From assembly GCF_003367075.2 (NCBI RefSeq), contig NZ_CP065936.1:150001-182000 (forward strand): a stretch of DNA of 32,000 nucleotides. Direction: 5' to 3'. The notes under the pieces were generated by a model that was not told where the DNA came from, made no database searches, and was given only the letters and a program-made list of their open reading frames with translations. The stretch's first letter is position 1. Each line of letters begins with the position of its first letter. The position numbers and the translations under genes are program-made. The DNA comes from Cylindrospermopsis raciborskii Cr2010 (GTDB lineage: Bacteria; Cyanobacteriota; Cyanobacteriia; Cyanobacteriales; Nostocaceae). Shown here piece by piece: positions 28,978 through 32,000 of this stretch.

Positions 28978-30897
28978 TTACAAACGTGCCTGAGAAGGTA
29001 AAAAGGCGATGGGATTAACCGCACCTTTCCCTGTGGGATGGATCTCAAAATGGGTGTGAGGACCAGTGCTAAAACCAGTGCTACCCATGGCGGCAATGGT
29101 TTCTCCCTGTTGCACTTCCTGACCTACCCGCACTAAAATACGGCTGTTATGGGCATAACGGGTCATACTGCCATCCTCATGGCGTATTTCCACCAACAGT
29201 CCATAACCTCCATTATTCCAACCTGCTCTTTCTACTCGACCTGGAGCAGAGGCGTAAATTGGAGTTCCCACACCATTGGCAATATCAATACCTCTGTGCA
29301 TTCTACCCCAGCGCCAACCATAACCGGAAGTTAGAACGCCTTTAGCAGGCCAAATGTGACCCGTAAGAGCAGGACTATTATTTTCTTCCTCTGTATTTCT
29401 GGGTAAATATATATCCACTGCAGCCAAAGGAGGTAAAGCTGGAGATACGGTTGTACCCCGCAATTTACCCAGAGAATCCCGGGCGTTCATCCTCCTGGGA
29501 GGCACATTTAATCTAATACCCGAAGGATTCCTTCTGGTATTTCCAGGAACAAACTGAGGGTTGACAGGCTCATCATTGGGAGCGATCGCATCTACACCCA
29601 ATTGAGAATTAACGGAAACATTACCATTTTCCCCGAGCCTGGGTACGGTAATTGTTACTGCTTTGATTTGAACACCTGGTGAAACTTTGACGGGATCAAT
29701 ATTTCCTCCTCCCAATGGGGATGGAGTATTCTCAACCTTGCCAGAGTTAGCCAGGGTAATGGCAGATCTTTGATCGCGATACTTTTGGCGTAGTCTTTCA
29801 ATTTCTGCTTGTAAGCTACGAATGCGATCGTTGTTTGGCGTAACCTTTTCTAACTGAGTTGGAACGGTTTTTGGGGTTATTGCCACACTAGTGGTAAACC
29901 CATCTGTAGAGCCACCTATTCCCCGTGTATTGGGGGTAATTGATCCAGCTTCGGGCACTTGGGGGAGATTTTTGCCAGCCACAGGTACGCTTATGGCAGA
30001 TCCACTGCTTGGTGATGGGATCTGAGGTACTGCAATGGCAACTCCCTCATTGCTCGCTGATGTTGGCAAAGGTAACTCAGCCGCATTAGGCAGATTAACT
30101 TCCCGGTCAGGGGGAACTAAAGGAGAAATAGCAACTTGGGCAATTCTTTTGGGTGGAATAACAACCGGACTGGTTGGAGTAGGTAGCTCTTGTATACCCG
30201 TCCCAGACTTAACTTGAGGAATGATCAGTTTCTGATTGACCCGCAAATCATGAGGATCACTCAGACCATTAGCCTGAATTAGCTCAGTCACAGAAGTTCC
30301 ATAGCTACCAGCAATTTCCTCCAATGTATCACCTGGCTTCACCTGGTAGTTAGAAATTTCCTTTGGAGCCACAACTTGGGGAGTTGTCAGTGCTGTCAAG
30401 GATTTTTGTTCTGAGAAGTTGTTATTGTTGATACTACTTGATTCTTGTGCCTTTTGAGGCAAGGAATTCAAATTGGTTTTTAAACGTTCCGATTTTTCTT
30501 TTAGCTGGTTGAGTGCAAACTCTTGTTGTTCCCTTAGCTGGTCATCAGCAGTATTGTCAACCTCGGTAGGCGCTTCAATACTTTCTGGCACGCTTGCTAA
30601 AGTGGGAGTTTGGACATCCAACTTTTCTGCCGTGATTTTTTCCACATCGGTTTCAGTCGTAGCTGAACCTACGAAGGCTGCTTTTTCACTGCCAACTGGG
30701 GCTGCTGCTTGCGCTTGGTCGCTTTTTTGGGTGACAAAAAGGCTGGTGGCACCCATAGAAATTGCTAAACCAATCATGGCTGCTCGTGGTATTGCCCGGC
30801 AATTACCCTTTTGATTTGTTTCATTCAAGGCAAATTGGAAACTGTCAGAATTATTTTTAACCACAGCGTTTACCCTCTTGTTTAATGCTCGATTCAA
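28978..30897 (-). CDS. LysM domain plus M23 peptidase (NlpD/EnvC-like cell wall protein)
   Basis: LysM YQVKPGDTLEEIAGSYGTSVTELIQANGLSDPHDLRVNQKLIIP; M23 GWRWGRMHRGIDIANGVGTPIYA and GFSTGPHTHFEI. Confidence 0.93.
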   Translation of the reverse strand: MNRALNKRVNAVVKNNSDSFQFALNETNQKGNCRAIPRAAMIGLAISMGATSLFVTQKSDQAQAAAPVGSEKAAFVGSATTETDVEKITAEKLDVQTPTLASVPESIEAPTEVDNTADDQLREQQEFALNQLKEKSERLKTNLNSLPQKAQESSSINNNNFSEQKSLTALTTPQVVAPKEISNYQVKPGDTLEEIAGSYGTSVTELIQANGLSDPHDLRVNQKLIIPQVKSGTGIQELPTPTSPVVIPPKRIAQVAISPLVPPDREVNLPNAAELPLPTSASNEGVAIAVPQIPSPSSGSAISVPVAGKNLPQVPEAGSITPNTRGIGGSTDGFTTSVAITPKTVPTQLEKVTPNNDRIRSLQAEIERLRQKYRDQRSAITLANSGKVENTPSPLGGGNIDPVKVSPGVQIKAVTITVPRLGENGNVSVNSQLGVDAIAPNDEPVNPQFVPGNTRRNPSGIRLNVPPRRMNARDSLGKLRGTTVSPALPPLAAVDIYLPRNTEEENNSPALTGHIWPAKGVLTSGYGWRWGRMHRGIDIANGVGTPIYASAPGRVERAGWNNGGYGLLVEIRHEDGSMTRYAHNSRILVRVGQEVQQGETIAAMGSTGFSTGPHTHFEIHPTGKGAVNPIAFLPSQARL

Positions 30898-31539
30898 AGA
30901 TGACCTCCTATGATCAAACTTCGCTTAACTGATTTTGATCTTTCTTTTAAATGTCCGATGTTAATTCACGATTGGAACTACATCAAACCATAAGTCAAGA
31001 TCACATTCAAGTCACACTTACCAGAGATATTGACCCAAGATTAACCTGTTTCTCTGATTTAGACAAGTTCATAGTTGTTAGTAAATCTTAATTTTTTCTT
31101 GGTCTGCTCTGTTAATACACCTCACAAAATTCAAGATTGTTGCAATCAGGCGGTTTATGTAGTTACTGGGACTACCAAGAAACCATCCCCTTTACATCCT
31201 TAATACCCGGTTTTTTGTTCCCATCCGTTCTACCAATATCAAACTTTATGTCCTTGTTCCCTAAAAAACAACCGTACAAGTTTTTACTAGTTTCCCCACC
31301 TGATAAACCGTGTCTTAGATCACAATTTCCTAAAAGACTTGATGGTACTTACTTTCCACAATTTTACTCTCGAGAAAAAACCCTCTCAACAGGCTAAAAT
31401 CTAGAAATCAACAAGTGCAGGGAAACTAAGTTTGCTATATAAATTTCTTATATGTTGTTACTGCTACATATTACTACCTTCACCCTGAATATTACTGTGT
31501 AGTGGAAAGTCGTCTTTTGGTCATGCCTTCATTTTACTA

Positions 31540-32000
31540 TTATTTTAAATATCCCAACTGTCGTCGTGACTCAAATAAAGCTACAGCTACGCTCACTGAT
31601 AGGTTTAAGCTACGAACACCAGGTTGATCCATAGGAATGTAGAGGGTAGAGTCACAAATATCGAGAATATTTTCCGGTATACCCGTTGTTTCACTGCCAA
31701 ACAATAACCAGTCATCAGGGCGAAATTCGTACTGAATATAGTTAATATTGCCCCTGACGCTGAACCCTAGCAGTCTACCCCCTCTTTGCCGATGGACTTT
31801 GAGGAATGTGTGATATGATTCATGGTAGTTAAGTTTTACATGGGGCCAATAATCTAACCCTGCTCTTTTGAGGTAGCGGTCAGTGATTTCAAATCCTAAA
31901 GGGCCAACTAAATGCAGTTCGGTGGCCGTAGCAGCACAGGTACGGGCAATATTGCCTGTATTGGGGGGAATTTGTGGGTTAATTAAAACTACCTGAGGCA
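31540..32000 (-). CDS. trmL: tRNA (cytidine(34)-2'-O)-methyltransferase, TrmL/SpoU family (partial, start codon A lies outside the window)
   Basis: Reverse-strand translation (M)PQVVLINPQIPPNTGNIARTCAATATELHLVGPLGFEITDRYLKRAGLDYWPHVKL...LLFGSETTGIPENIL...LYIPMDQPGVRSLNLSVSVAVALFESRRQLGYLK*; stop at 31540-31542. Missed by the ORF track because the ATG is cut by one base. Confidence 0.93.
   Translation of the reverse strand, partial: PQVVLINPQIPPNTGNIARTCAATATELHLVGPLGFEITDRYLKRAGLDYWPHVKLNYHESYHTFLKVHRQRGGRLLGFSVRGNINYIQYEFRPDDWLLFGSETTGIPENILDICDSTLYIPMDQPGVRSLNLSVSVAVALFESRRQLGYLK

Noticed and set aside
29149-30814. Plus-strand ORFs 29149..29334, 30035..30217, 30473..30814
   Set aside because: Antisense to the LysM-M23 peptidase gene.
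31137-31397. 86-aa ORF in the leader of the M23 gene
   Set aside because: No domain, atypical composition and no visible RBS; treated as non-coding leader.

Overview
The window is a chromosomal segment from a cyanobacterium. A Nostocales/Raphidiopsis-Cylindrospermopsis-like origin is inferred from gene content and HIP1 sites, not proven. Most of it is housekeeping: fabG 3' end, a WecA/TagO-type GlcNAc-1-P transferase, CIRCE-controlled monocistronic groEL, CorA, rnpB, an RNase III, an M15 peptidase, mnmA, nnr, a metallophosphoesterase, murJ, a kinase-like ORF, ccs1/ccsB, ccdA, nifJ (PFOR), infC, the FRP/OCP photoprotection pair, tRNA-Met(CAT), a LysM-M23 peptidase, and a partial TrmL/SpoU methyltransferase. 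The best accessory candidate is a 1341-aa STAND-type NTPase at 7994..12019. It has an unassigned N-terminal domain, a TPR-like linker, a P-loop core and exactly 14 WD40 repeats of 123 nt. Two stretches of at least 124 nt are perfectly duplicated at one-unit spacing, which suggests recent expansion or homogenisation, as in fungal HET/HNWD NLR-like genes. It lies next to a decayed Uma2-family ORF and a degenerate copy of a dispersed hairpin repeat. One copy of that repeat supplies the last codons and stop of nnr. Other loose ends are an apparently N-terminally truncated Tab2/DUF1092-like ORF next to tRNA-Met, a perfect 13-bp inverted repeat upstream of that tRNA, and a 9-bp inverted repeat between ocp and frp.
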